Assembly (NCBI RefSeq): GCF_006345805.1
Contig: NC_043013.1
Location: 19,406,001-19,470,000 of the forward strand
Direction: 5' to 3'
DNA: 64,000 bases
Origin: Octopus sinensis
Taxonomy: Eukaryota
Of this stretch, positions 12,202 to 24,064 are shown one piece after another; positions within the stretch are counted from its first letter, which is position 1; each line of letters opens with the position of its first letter. The translations under genes were made by a program, and so were the position numbers. The notes under the pieces are model-generated. The model was not told the origin of the DNA. It worked only from the letters and a program-made list of their open reading frames with translations, and ran no database searches.

Positions 12202-12538
12202 TTTTTTTTTAAAGACTCCGCCGGTTACGACGACGAGGGTCCCAGCTGATACGATCAACGGAACAGCTTGCTCGTGAAATTAACGTGCAAATGGCTGAGC
12301 ATTCCACAGACACGTGTACCCTTAACGTAGTTCTCGGGGATAATCAGCGTGACACAGAGAGTGACAAGGCTGACCCTTTGAAATACAAGTACAACTCATT
12401 TTTGCCAGCTGAGTGGACTGGAGCAACGTGAAATAAAGTGTCTTGCTCAAGGACACAACGCGTCGCCGGGAATCGAACTCACAACCTTACGATCATGAGC
12501 CGAATGCCCTAACCACTAAGCCACGCGCCCTCACTACG
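12202..12538 (-). mobile_element. tRNA-derived SINE, family C, young copy
   Basis: A box TGGCTTAGTGG, B box GAGTTCGATTCC, A-tail, TSD TCTTTCAATAT (12191-12201 / 12539-12549). Confidence 0.95.
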
Positions 12539-12846
12539 TCTTTCAATATAATGTCTAGCCTATTCGCACCCATCTTTCTGTCAGTTTGAATGGTGAAGGT
12601 CCAGAGGAGTGAGATGGGATCATCTTCAAGCACTGGAGGTGGTTTGTGTTCTCACCAGTTTTTATCATGGGGCAGGTCCAAGTTTTTGCAAATTACCCTG
12701 TAAATATATTGTGCTGCTCTATCATGCCTGTTGAGATACACTTTAGGTGCAAGAAGACTACACATGGAGACAACATGATCAATGGTTTCATTTTGTTGTT
12801 GACATATACGACAGGTTGGGCTACTGCCGTTCCTTAATATATTAGC

Positions 12847-13182
12847 CGTAGTGAGGGCGCGTGGCTTAGTGGTTAGGGCATTCGGCTCATGATCGTAAGG
12901 TTGTGAGTTCGATTCCCGGCGACGCGTTGTGTCCTTGAGCAAGACACTTTATTTCACGTTGCTCCAGTCCACTCAGCTGGCAAAAATGAGTTGTACTTGT
13001 ATTTCAAAGGGTCAGCCTTGTCACTCTCTGTGTCACGCTGATTATCCCCGAGAACTACGTTAAGGGTACACGTGTCTGTGGAATGTTCAGCCATTTGCAC
13101 GTTAATTTCACGAGCAAGCTGTTCCGTTGATCGTATCAGCTGGGACCCTCGTCGTCGTAACCGGCGGAGTCTTTATATATAG
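12847..13182 (+). mobile_element. tRNA-derived SINE, family C, young copy
   Basis: Same sequence as 12211-12538 on the opposite strand; TSD AATATATTAGC (12836-12846 / 13183-13193). Confidence 0.95.
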
Positions 13183-13764
13183 AATATATTAGCCTGGTAG
13201 TTTCTTGTAGGTAGGCATTGATTTTGGGTTACTATGATAAACCCTTCTGTTTCTGACTTTAAGCTGCAAGCCACTTACCATTGATAGGTAAGCGCTTTGG
13301 CAACATCGGCGCTATTAGCTCTCTTTGGGTATTTGCCATTGAGAGGTTTTTCTTGCTATTATTCAGTAAGAATATCTAAGCAGCAGTTTTAGCACGGGTT
13401 TTCATACGCTTAGCTTTTTCTGTGCTTGTTTCTAGTATGTCTAATTCTGGAATTTGTTGTATTTGGAATTCACTTAGATATTCCTTTGCCTGTTTTGTTC
13501 CTGAGCGTGATGTTGTTCTTATTTTCATGCTTTGAGTCAAGTTTTAACATCCAGTCATCAGAGTTTTTCAGGTAGGTGTCTAGGTCAATTGTGGCAATGT
13601 TCTTTGCAAAAAATGATCAATCTTCTGGTCGGTTTTGCTGTTTTTTTCTGTCGGAATCGATAAAATAAGTACCAGTTGAGTACTCGGGTCATTGTAATCG
13701 AGAAGCCCCTCGTCAAAGAAAAGAAAAAAAAGGAATTCAGACTTTGTGCCTGTAGTAGAAAGGA

Positions 13765-15560
13765 TTATTATCATTATTATGTTATGTTTTTTGGTTTTGC
13801 TTTAATTTATACGAGCTGCACCCAAATCTCAATCTGAGACATGAAGATATAACTAGGTTTTTGCATCTAAAAATGCTAACAGGTGAGGTACCATACAACT
13901 GAAAACATTGACGTAGGAAAAAATATTTCAAGTGCCTCAATAATAGTAATAGGGAATGTTGTTGGTTTGACATGTCACATTCTTTTGATTTCAATCTTCT
14001 GGTCCTTATATTTGCTCAGTTTTTCAAATGTTTTCAGAGGTATGTCTCTGTCGGCTGGGGCTGTAGCATTAATCAGTAAACAAATCTTTACGATGTGATT
14101 TTTCACAATGAAATCAGGTCGGTTTGCCTGTATTTCCCGATCGATCTGAACATTGAAATTCCGAAGGATGGTAACATCAGCATTGTGGGCATTTTGTAGT
14201 GACTTGTGTTTGCACCAATTATTTTTGTGAGTGAGGTGGTATGTGTGGCATATTAACCTGTGTCTGTACCGAGCAGCCCTGTCATGACTTTGCAAATATT
14301 CTGTTGCTGCCAGTCTGCAGTATCGAGAGAAAATGCAGTCGAGTGTCTTTGGGTGCTTTCCACATATGTAACATGATATGCTTCTTTCAAATTTCAGGAC
14401 GTTATTCTGTTAATTCCTATCTGTAAGGGAATGGTCCTGAGCAGCAATGATAAACCCCACAGTTTCTGGTTTGAGAATAGAGCATCACTGCAACTGATAA
14501 GTAAGAGCTTGATCTAAATCAATGTCCCTGATTCTACTCGGGTATTTGTAATGTAGTGGCCGTTGCTCGAATGTACCCTTAATATATTGGAACCTAGGGC
14601 GGCGAGCTGGCAGAAACGTTAGCACGCCGGGCGAAATGCGCAGCCGTTTTTCGTCTGTCGTTACGTTCCGAGTTCAAATTCCGCCGAGGTTGACTTTGCC
14701 TTTCATCCTTTCGGGGTCGATAAATAAAGTACCAGTTACGCACTGGGGTCGATATAATCGACTTAATCCCTTTGTCTGTCCTTGTTAGTCCCTTGTGGGT
14801 AGTAAAGAAATAAATATATTGGAAGCTAGTTTCTTTGGCTAAGGTTTTTAAGTGTTTCTCCTTGTCTACTGGGAACACAATTTCTTCGGGTACTGGTTCT
14901 TTAAGTTGCATTTCTCAGAGGTATACTTTCTAGTTTTCCGTCAATGATTGCAACTTATTGATATCTTCATGCTTCGGAACTGGTTTTATCATCCAATCGT
15001 TTACTTGTTGCAAGTAGGCAAAGCGTTCCATGTTATAATTTTCACTGAGAGTTGAGACTGTATTAATCCCGGACTGCTTTCTTTTCTCGGAAGGTATACT
15101 CGGCCAGTGTCTGTTTTTGCGTGATGCATACGATGCATTGTCATGAGCTTTCGTATTTTGATATATCAACCCTGTTAATTTCATAGAGAGAGAGAGAAAA
15201 GTTTATAATATCTATTTCTTTATTGCCCAAAAGGGGGATAAACATAGAGGGGAGAAGTTTATGATATTGAAGTTGTATGTGATTACAGGCATGGCCAGTA
15301 TGTTTATGGCCTCAAGTTGGTGTTTAGCGTTCAACTAGGTTTTCAGAATGGTTCTTACTCTTCAGTAGCACTCCTTCTTTATCCATTTTCTCATTAGTTA
15401 GTGGTTAATCCCATCTCCTTCATATACCCCAGATACCTATATCTACCCTGAGGTGCAAATTATTTTATCCTGTATCTCTAGGGTGATGCTGCATGTGATT
15501 GGTGACTTTTAATATAGAAAGGTTGCTGATTTCGCTGTTATTTCTGGCAGATTGATCGGC
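13765..15560 (-). pseudogene. Second R4/Dong-like LINE relic (RT thumb to REL domain and 3' end)
   Basis: YRYLG, LKPETVGFIIAAQD, HDRAARY, QANRPDFIVK, KLSKYKDQKIEIKRM motifs; many stops and frameshifts. Confidence 0.8.
14598..14812 (+). mobile_element. tRNA-derived SINE, family A
   Basis: GGCGGCGAGCTGGCAGAA head, GAGTTCAAATTCC B box, CTTTCATCCTTTCGGGGTCGATAAA body; TSD AATATATTGGAA (14581-14592 / 14813-14824). Confidence 0.9.
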
Positions 15561-16191
15561 TTCCAATAGAGCAATTAGTTAACGTGGAAACTTGTGCCGT
15601 ATGAATAGAAATATTTTAACCAAACTTGGCGGCAGCAAAATCTTCATTATCGAACTCTTCCCCGCGAACTTACAAATTTCGAATCAGGAAAGTATGGAAA
15701 CCATTCCGCTACTTAAACTGGAATTAAGACATGGAAGTTCTTTAGGAACACCATCGCGAGCAACAGCAGCAGCCGTTCAAAAATTTGGACCTGGAGATCT
15801 CCATTTCCAGCGACTTTGAGGCTCACCTCCCAGTGGTGTCGGGCGTCAAAGAAGAGCCCTAGACTACAACAAGACGACCAAAGTTTTTTTTTTTCCAAGG
15901 TCTGGGCTCTCCCGCCCCTAAGCCCTAGACCATCACCTAACAACAACAGCAGCAGCAACAACAGTACAAACAGCAACAGCAATAACAACAATAACCAACG
16001 GCACAACAAAACAGCTTCTTTTGGTGGTGTAGCAGCCTTAATAACCAAATGTAATGACAACGGAGAAGTAACATCTTTCCCCACTTACCTGCGCCTACCT
16101 TTGAATATATGTTGTGTGTGTGTATGTATATGTATGCAAGCGTTTATGTATGTGCGCATCCACACACACACGCGCACACACACGCACTCAC

Positions 16192-16595
16192 GTGGCTGTG
16201 TGGTAAGTTTGCTTCCCAACCGCATGGTTCCGTATTTAGTCCCACTGCGTGGCCCCTTGGTATGGGTCTTCAACTATAGCCTCGGGTCGACCAGAGCCTT
16301 GTGAGTGGATATATATATATATATATATAATTAAATAATAAGGGTAGAAACTGATGTTAATCAATTAAAACCAGTGGCTTAGCATATTTAAAAACTGAAG
16401 ATTAAATATTGTGTTACATACAAAATTAAGAGGAATGGCCACTAAAAGTGGACAGCCTATACGCTAAACATAGACGTCAAATCGCCATTGCCACGAAGAA
16501 TATGTTCTTGAGAACACGTTCTTCGTGGTAATGGCGATTTGACGTCTATGTTTAGCATATAGGCTGTTCACTTCAGTGGCCAATACTCTTAATTT

Positions 16596-16671
<76 letters not shown>

Positions 16672-16910
16672 TATACACATATATATATATATATATATAT
16701 CTGTGTATGTGTGTGTTTGTGTCTGTATTTGTCTCCCCACCATCGTTTGACAGCCGATGTTGGAGTGTTTCGGCAAAAGAGAAACGATAGAATAACTATT
16801 AAGCTTACAGAGAATAAGTCCTGGGGTCGATTTGCTTGACTAAAATCTTTTAAGACGGTACTCCAGCATGGCCGTAGTCAAATGACTGAAACGTGTAAAA
16901 GAAAAAAAGA
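16192..16910 (+). mobile_element. SINE family B split by a nested palindrome and (TA)n
   Basis: Head 16192-16309 and tail ~16700-16910 match family B. Confidence 0.75.
16418..16600. repeat. 183-bp near-perfect palindrome
   Basis: Two ~90-bp arms, roughly 90% complementary by eye, with almost no loop. Confidence 0.9.
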
Positions 16911-17123
16911 ATAGATAGATAAATAGATAGATAGATAGATAGGTAGATAGATAGATAGATAGGTAGATAGATAGATAGGTAGATAGACATATATATATAT
17001 TTAATTCATTCACCTACTTATATATATATATATACATACATATGTACATACATTTATATATAAAGATATGTGTATGCATACATTTATGTATAAAGAATTA
17101 TCATTATATATACACACACAGAA

Positions 17124-17352
17124 GGCGGCGAGCTGGCAGACACGTTAGCGCGCCGGGCGAAATGCTTAGCAGTATTTCGTCTGTCGTTACGTTCTGAGTT
17201 CAAATTCCGCCGTGGTTGACTTTGCCTTTCATCCTTTCGGGGTCGATAAATAAAGAACCAGTTTTGCACTGGGGTCTATGTAATCGACTTAATCCTTTTG
17301 TCTGTCCTTGTTTTTCCTCTCTATGTTTAGCCCCTTGTGGGCAATAAAGAAA
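17124..17352 (+). mobile_element. SINE family A
   Basis: Full head-to-tail match to the other family A copies. Confidence 0.9.
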
Positions 17353-17635
17353 TATATATATACACACACAGTTATATACATACAAACTTGCACGCACACT
17401 CTCTCAAACACACACAGACACACGAGAAATATCAATTTTTTTAATAAAAGTTTGATGTGCTGAATTGAGAAAGGACAACGCAGCGGTAATATTGAACGTG
17501 AATTTGCCATAAAAAAGGTGGGGGGGGGGAGAAAACTTCAAAACATGTAAAATAAATTTAGTCGAAATTAACACAATTCGAAAAGAAGCTCTTAGGTAAA
17601 AGGCCTGATTTGCTTCATCTTATTTGTTTTGGATT

Positions 17636-17854
17636 TTCTTTTACTTGTTACAGTTATTTGACTCCAGCCATGCCGGAGCACCTCCGTTAGTGGTACGAGT
17701 CAATCCCAGGACTGAGTTTTTGTAAGCCTGGTACTTATTCTATCGGCTTCTTTTGCCGAACCGCTATGTTACGGGAACTTAAAACACACCAACAGCGGTT
17801 GTGAAGCGATGGGTGGTGGGAACAAACACAGCCACAAACACAAGCACACACACA

Positions 17855-17912
<58 letters not shown>

Positions 17913-17973
17913 ACACACAAATGTGTGTGTATGTGTATATATATATATATATATATAATATATATATATATTA

Positions 17974-18007
<34 letters not shown>

Positions 18008-18030
18008 TATATATAAATATATATATGTAT

Positions 18031-18087
<57 letters not shown>

Positions 18088-18262
18088 ATATATATATTAT
18101 ATACGAGGGGCTTCTTGCAAGTTTCCGTCTTGCAAATCCACTCACAAGGCTTTGGTCGGCCCGAGGCTAGAGTAGAAGCCTCTTGCCAAAGGTGCCACGA
18201 AGTAGAACTGAACCCGGAACCATGTTGTTGGGAAGCATGATTCTTACTACGCAGCCACTTCT
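17636..18262 (-). mobile_element. SINE family B with ~260-bp internal (CA)n/(TA)n
   Basis: Tail 17636-17845 and head/core 18105-18262 match family B. Confidence 0.85.
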
Positions 18263-18644
18263 GTGCCTCGTATAAAATAATATTTCTCCATATTTTCAGC
18301 CTCCGGATTCGAACCTTTCCCTACAAGGATTAATATTATCCCAACTCACTACAACACCTGCACTTATCAGTTGTATAAAAGTATACATATCTGAGGTAAA
18401 TTTACGCAAGTTATATCGAATTTTCACGGGAGATAACAAAGAAGGATTGTTACAGAGTTATCTCCCCTAAAAGAACGCAAAATATTATGGCAATATATGC
18501 ACCATGAAATCGATATTCTTTTATATGAATTAAAGAAGCAAGTGGAGTATACATCGCCTACTTTTTTATTTTTCTTCTTAAACTAAGCAAAAAACAAAAC
18601 AAATAAGCAAATGACTGCGTTATTTGACAAAGGTTTAGCTATTA

Positions 18645-19014
18645 CTAGCAGTATCGCCCGGCGTTGCTCAGGTTTGTTTCGACTCTTTAGAATTGGATAT
18701 TTTTGAAAAGTAAAAATTTGCATTATGTAGCTTGTTATTCTCTTTAAGTGAACATTTTTCTGGTTGAAATACGCCGAAAAATGGCGACACAGCAGTAAAA
18801 AAATCGGGATTTTCATGGAAAAAAAGCACCTTTTTGATGTAAATAATTTTTGGTCCGATTTGAATTTTTTCTTCTACAGAAGGAAGAGCAAACCTTCTAT
18901 CATACTCTCAATTTTGGTCAACTTCCGCCGCAAGGTCTCGGAGGAGATAGTGTTAGTTGAAGGCTACCAAACCTGCCATACACAGACAACTTCAGCTTTA
19001 TATATAGAGAAAGA
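18645..19014 (-). mobile_element. Non-autonomous Helitron
   Basis: Minus strand A|TCTTTCTCTATATATAAAGC ... CCTGAGCAACGCCGGGCGATACTGCTAG|T; homologous along its length to 57396-57786. Confidence 0.8.
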
Positions 19015-19179
19015 TTTCTACCGAATGGTGTGTGACATGATTTTGACTTCTGTAAGGATAGGATTTTTATGCTGTCTCATACAAAAGCTATCTTCATTGA
19101 TTTAGGAAGAAGTGTCAACGGAGAATAAGGGGGCGGGAGAGAATAAAACTTTACACAGAACCCATTCTTTCTCGCTCAC

Positions 19180-19291
19180 TCTCTCTCTCTTACTTCGTCT
19201 TTCTCTGTCTCAATCTATCTGCCGCTCGGTCCCTCTTTCTCATTCCACCTCTCTCTCTTTATCTGTCTGTCTGTTTGTCTGTCTCACTGTT

Positions 19292-19329
<38 letters not shown>

Positions 19330-19371
19330 CTTCTCTCCCTCCCTCTCTCTCTCCTTCTCTCTCTCTCTCCT

Positions 19372-19422
<51 letters not shown>

Positions 19423-19530
19423 TTCTCTCTCACTCTCCTTCTCTCTCTCTCTCTCTTTCTCTCTCACTCTCCTTCTCTCTCTCTCTCTCTCTCTCTCCTT
19501 CTTTGCTTGCTTCCGCGATCTCTCTTTCTC
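19180..19530. repeat. (CT)n/(CTGT)n compound microsatellite
   Basis: Direct reading. Confidence 0.95.
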
Positions 19531-19687
19531 TGCTACTCTATCAATTAGCAACTCCATCACTATCCATCTCAACCTCTCGTCTTTTTTCTGTTATATGCGC
19601 TTATGTATCTGTGTGTGTATAAGTGTGCGTTTGTGCGTACATACTTGCACACACATAGATTATACTTAGCCATTTAAATGCACGCGT

Positions 19688-19722
<35 letters not shown>

Positions 19723-19941
19723 ACACACACTCTTTCTATCGCTGAAGATGGCAAGAATATTCTTTTGACTTCCTAATTTCCTCCTCAATCATCGATTGGT
19801 CCCTGTTTTCGAACTCATTCACAAAATTCCAATAAAACGGTGTGTTACCGACTCACCTATTTTCTATGAAGCAAGAATTACTTAACATAAACCTAAGAAA
19901 GGAAGAATCCCTTGTATTGATGGTATTCCAGCAGAAGTGAA

Positions 19942-20172
19942 GGCGGCGAGCTGGCAGAAACGTTAGCACGCCGATCGAAATGCTTAGCGGTATTTCGTCT
20001 GCCGCTACGTTCTGAGTTCAAATTCCGCCGAGGTCGACTTTGCTTTTCATCCTTTCGGGGTCGATAAATTAAGTACCAGTTGTGCACTGAGGTCGATGTA
20101 ATCGACTTAATCCGTTTGTCTGCCCTTGTTTGTCATCTCTGTATTTAACCCCTTGTGGGTGGTAAAGAAATA
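19942..20172 (+). mobile_element. SINE family A
   Basis: Full length; TSD GG(T/G)ATTCCAGCAG(A/C)AGTGA (19922-19940 / 20173-20191). Confidence 0.9.
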
Positions 20173-20255
20173 GGGATTCCAGCAGCAGTGATCAGAAGAA
20201 GGGAGGGGGAATAAGATCCTTGATTTTCTGTACAGAATTATATGCATGCCTGCTT

Positions 20256-20880
20256 AAACGTGGATGTTCTGTAAGAACAAACTATACCGTGGTAGATACC
20301 ATGAGGGAAACTCTCATACTGGCTTTTGGTGCAACATGCTCGCTTATTTATATCGGTAGCGGGGAGATAATTCCCCACTAATTCCAGCACCGAGACCACC
20401 AGATCATGTGATACGCTCGACCGCTAGATATAGCAGCGACTCATCTCCCCGCCAGCGATATATATAGAAAAAGCAGTACAGAGCAGGTGCTGGTGTTACG
20501 ATTATCCAATGAGCTTATTAAAATATATATATATATATTAGCGACGGAGGCAGTATTAACACCATGCGGTGGTATTTATCCCCACTGAAATGTGGATGTT
20601 CTGTTAGAACAAACTATACTGCGGTAGATACCATGAGAGAATCTCTCATATTAGCTGTTGGTGTAAAATGTACTCTTTTTTACAGCGGGGAGGTAAATTC
20701 CCGCAATATCCAGCGCTGAGACAACCAGGTCACGTCATTTCGACCTTTCTTGGCCTCGTCAATGATGGACACACAATTTCTAAAGATAGCAGTGACTCAT
20801 CTCCCGCCAGTGATATATAGAAAAAAACAGTGTCAGAACAAGCGCTGATGTCGCAATTAGCCAGTGGGATTGTTAAATGT
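20256..20880. repeat. Diverged tandem duplication (~330-bp period)
   Basis: GTGGATGTTCTGT(A/T)AGAACAAACTATAC..GGTAGATACCATGAG and GATA(T)AGCAG.GACTCATCTCCC recur with starts at 20256 and 20588. Confidence 0.8.
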
Positions 20881-21149
20881 ACTATATGTAATCTGTGAGA
20901 AAATAGTACAGTTCCTTAAAATTGGAAAAATGTTTTGCAGAAGGTGTTTTAGAAAGAGAAGGATAGTAAATATATAAGTAGGAAACGTAAAGCAATTTGC
21001 CACCTGAGTCTCATACGGAAAGTATTGAATAGAAATATTCATTAAATACTCATTTAATATGGCGAAGCATCTCTTCTTCCTAAGTCTCAGACGGATGTTT
21101 TCAGTGAATGAGGAACTAATGTCGTAGTATTTTCTCCGTTGGTCAAGTA

Positions 21150-21890
21150 CATCAGAAATGCATTGGACAGAGACTTGCCCTTTGTCTTTGGCATTTTGCT
21201 TCATTCACTTCTCCAGAGCCTTTCGGTAAGGAAATCATGATGTATTATATGTAGTCTTTAGAAAAGTTAGTTGTCCTGATATATTTACAAATATTACTAA
21301 CTCTTTTCATGATGATATGAGAGCGTGTTCTAATTCATGGAAAATGCGCAGACATATTTTCAATTAGTGATGATGTACAAGGTGATATAACTGTCTCCTT
21401 TATTTGTTCTATATTTCACAATGACATATATTCAGTAACTTTCAAAGGCTGCCAAGAGACAGTCTGTGAAAGCGATTGAATAATTACTGCATACTAACCT
21501 TAAATCGTACAAGTTGTATGTTGGTGATTGTGCTACACTTACTGTCGCAAGCCTTGAAAAGCTTTGTCGATTCCTTATATATTGGCATGTAGCATACAGT
21601 CCTCAGAATAAACCGTAATAAAACTGTTATTCTTTATCAACACTTCTTTAGAAAGCCCAAAATAATGGTATATGTTAAGAACTTTCTTCACCTATTCTGG
21701 AAGCATATTAAACAGTGATACATATCTTGATGATGCAATTACACAAATGCATATCTCTTGGAAGATTACTATCTCCACTTTAGTTTCAACCATATACAAA
21801 GAATTGGCACTAAAATATCGATTTCCCAGACATGTACTTGGTCTATCAAAAAGTTTTTTATGGCTGCGCAAAATGGATATTATATATTGT
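21150..21890 (+). pseudogene. RTE (BovB-like) reverse transcriptase relic
   Basis: KVSCPDIFTNITNSFHDDMRAC, VQGD, LYVGDCA and FTYSGSIL segments resemble GCPxKF..FHxxM, VKQG, YADD and FxYLGS. Confidence 0.6.
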
Positions 21891-22149
21891 ATAATAATGA
21901 TATTATATGTTGAAAACATTTTAAACAGTTGGAACATTTTCTGCAAAAAACAAGTAAATTCTTTTTTTTTTTCTATCTCTTTGTGCTTTGGAATCTGTCA
22001 CTTTCTTTCTGTCTCTATTTCCATGAGTACTTTTACCTAACCTTTCGATTTCTTTACACAACAGTTCTTCATAAACTCATCTTTACGTAAAAGTGCATAA
22101 AATTTTATCGGAATTTACTTTTTTAAAGAGGGGCTTCTTCTCTTCAAAC

Positions 22150-23070
22150 TCAAACTCTCTGGGTATTTGCCATTGAGAGAGGTCTTTTTTTTTTTTTGCC
22201 ATTTATCAGTAAGAATATCTAAGGCAGCTGTTTTAGCACAGGTTTTCGTACACTTAGCTTTTTCTGTGCTTGCTTTCAGTACGTCTAATTCTGGGATTCG
22301 TTAAATTTGAAATACACTTAGATATTTCTTTACCTACTTTGTAACTGAGTATGATGTTTTCTTGCTTTAAGACAAATTTTAACATCCATTCATCAGAGAT
22401 TTTTAGGTAGTTATTTACGTGAATTGTGGCAGTCTTCGTTGTTATTTTCAGTTGAAATAGTCCATAGCCAATCTCTTTTCTTGGCAGGTAAAGTCGTTCT
22501 ATATCTGCCTTAGGGTGGTGCATTCAATGCATCGTCAACAATTTTTTTTTCTGTGAAGATTACAAGTTTCAGTAATTGACCAGTTGATAATATTGAAACT
22601 GTAAGTCACGATCGGTATGGCTAAAGTATTGATCACTTCGATCCTGTTTCTTGGATCCAGCTCTGTCTTGAGTATTGCTCTTACCCTGCGATAATATTAT
22701 TTTCTGATCTTTTCGCTCGTCGTTGAATGTTTGATTCCATCACCTTCAAATACTCCTAGGTATTTGTAGCTCTCCACTGGTTGTAACACCTTTATGATAT
22801 TCTGTTAGTTAAGATTAACATTGGATGTGTCTATCGTTTTTCCTTTGATAAAGCTAGTTTTTACACATTTGTCGAGGCCAAAATCTATCTTGATGTCATC
22901 GCTTACTGTTTAACAATTGCTAGTAATCCCTACCAAGAAAAGAGAGTTGGTCCTTTTTGCAAAGAGTTTTAAAACACCCATGTAAGAGAGATGGTTTATA
23001 CTTTTATCAAAAGTTTTTTAGCCATATTGTAAATCATCGAGCAATTTCGAAAAAGATTTAGGGAGTTACT
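22150..23070 (-). pseudogene. R4/Dong-like LINE RT relic
   Basis: INHLSYMG, FGLDKC, ESYKYLGVFEGDG, HHPKADIERLYLPRKEIGYGL; same family as 13200-13600. Confidence 0.8.
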
Positions 23071-23271
23071 AAAGCAATGGATAAGCAATGTGGTTGGTCA
23101 ATGTAGAATGTTCAATGCATGTACTTTTGTGAAGCAGGTGAAATAACATCAGAAGGCAATTTAAGAATAAACATTGTAATTTATTTAGTTGTCAGGAGGA
23201 ATTTATTTGAGTTTCTGTGTATGTCATAAAATCATCATTCTCTTTTTTCCTTGTATTCCAACACTCCATTC

Positions 23272-23457
23272 AGAAGTTTTTTCACCGAATTTTATTGTTT
23301 TTTTAAAGCAAATTTCATTGGATTTTTGAGGTAATATGAAATAACAGTAGCGTTCATGCTCCAACGGAGCTAATTTTCGCGATAACAATCTCACTTTTTG
23401 TTCGTCCGGCCATGATTTGCAATCTTGCTTAAAGATCTTCTCGTACCTTCTGCAGTA
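23272..23457 (-). pseudogene. Ty3/Gypsy gag-like fragment
   Basis: RRYEKIFKQDCKSWPDEQKVRLLSRKLAPLEHERYCYFILPQK...FGEKTS resembles invertebrate Gypsy gag (DxxKVRLLLRKL..EHxxYxNFILP). Confidence 0.6.
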
Positions 23458-23874
23458 CGATGCATAGTACAGGTGATTGAGATTTGTAATATCGAAATTA
23501 TTAGCTGAAATTATATCTTTAAGTGCAAGGCGGATTTTACCAATTACTTTCAGGTTTTGGTTAGAGTTGCGAATTTTTAGGAGTGTGTCACGTTCATTCA
23601 TAATGGTTTCTTAAATTTTCAGCCATTCAGTCATAATTTGATTTTTTAGATCATGTGGTTCAGATGGATCAATTTCCATGTGATTTGCTTCTTCTATTTG
23701 ATTTTCATCTTCCTTGGTATGTATGGCCAGTTCAGAAATATTTCACTTGGTTTATTAGATATATTTGACTCTTTCTACTATTACGGCATTTTTATCAGAT
23801 CTGGGTTGGTCTGTAATTATTTCCTCAGTAGTATTATCTTTAGCTGAAACTTCGCTCCTTTTATCCTTTATCGG

Positions 23875-24053
23875 TTCTTCTTCTTCTTCTTCTTCTTCTT
23901 CTTCTTCTTCTTCTTCTTCTTCTTCTTCTTCTTCTTCTTCTTCTTCTTCTTCTTCTTCTTCTTCTTCTTCTTCTTCTTCTTCTTCTTCTTCTTCTTCTTC
24001 TTCTTCTTCTTCTTCTTCTTCTTCTTCTTCTCCTCTTCTTCTTCTTCTTCTTC
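23875..24053. repeat. (TTC)n, about 60 units; probable (GAA)n tail of the adjacent LINE
   Basis: Direct reading; abuts the 3' end of 24065-24597. Confidence 0.9.
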
Positions 24054-24064
24054 CTATTCCTTCG

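Larger units (their letters stand above)
12037..13600 (-). pseudogene. R4/Dong-like LINE relic (zinc knuckle and REL endonuclease), interrupted by two SINE-C insertions
   Basis: After removing the SINEs: LKSETEGFIIVTQNQCLPTRNYQANILRNGSSPTCRICQQQNETIDHVVSMC..RHD..ANRLDIILKD..IDMTVP..KLSKYKNLEIEIGKMW. Confidence 0.85.

Noticed and set aside
12854-12925. tRNA-like sequence with A and B boxes
   Set aside because: It continues into a SINE body and tail with a TSD and has no complete acceptor stem; it is a SINE head, not a tRNA gene.
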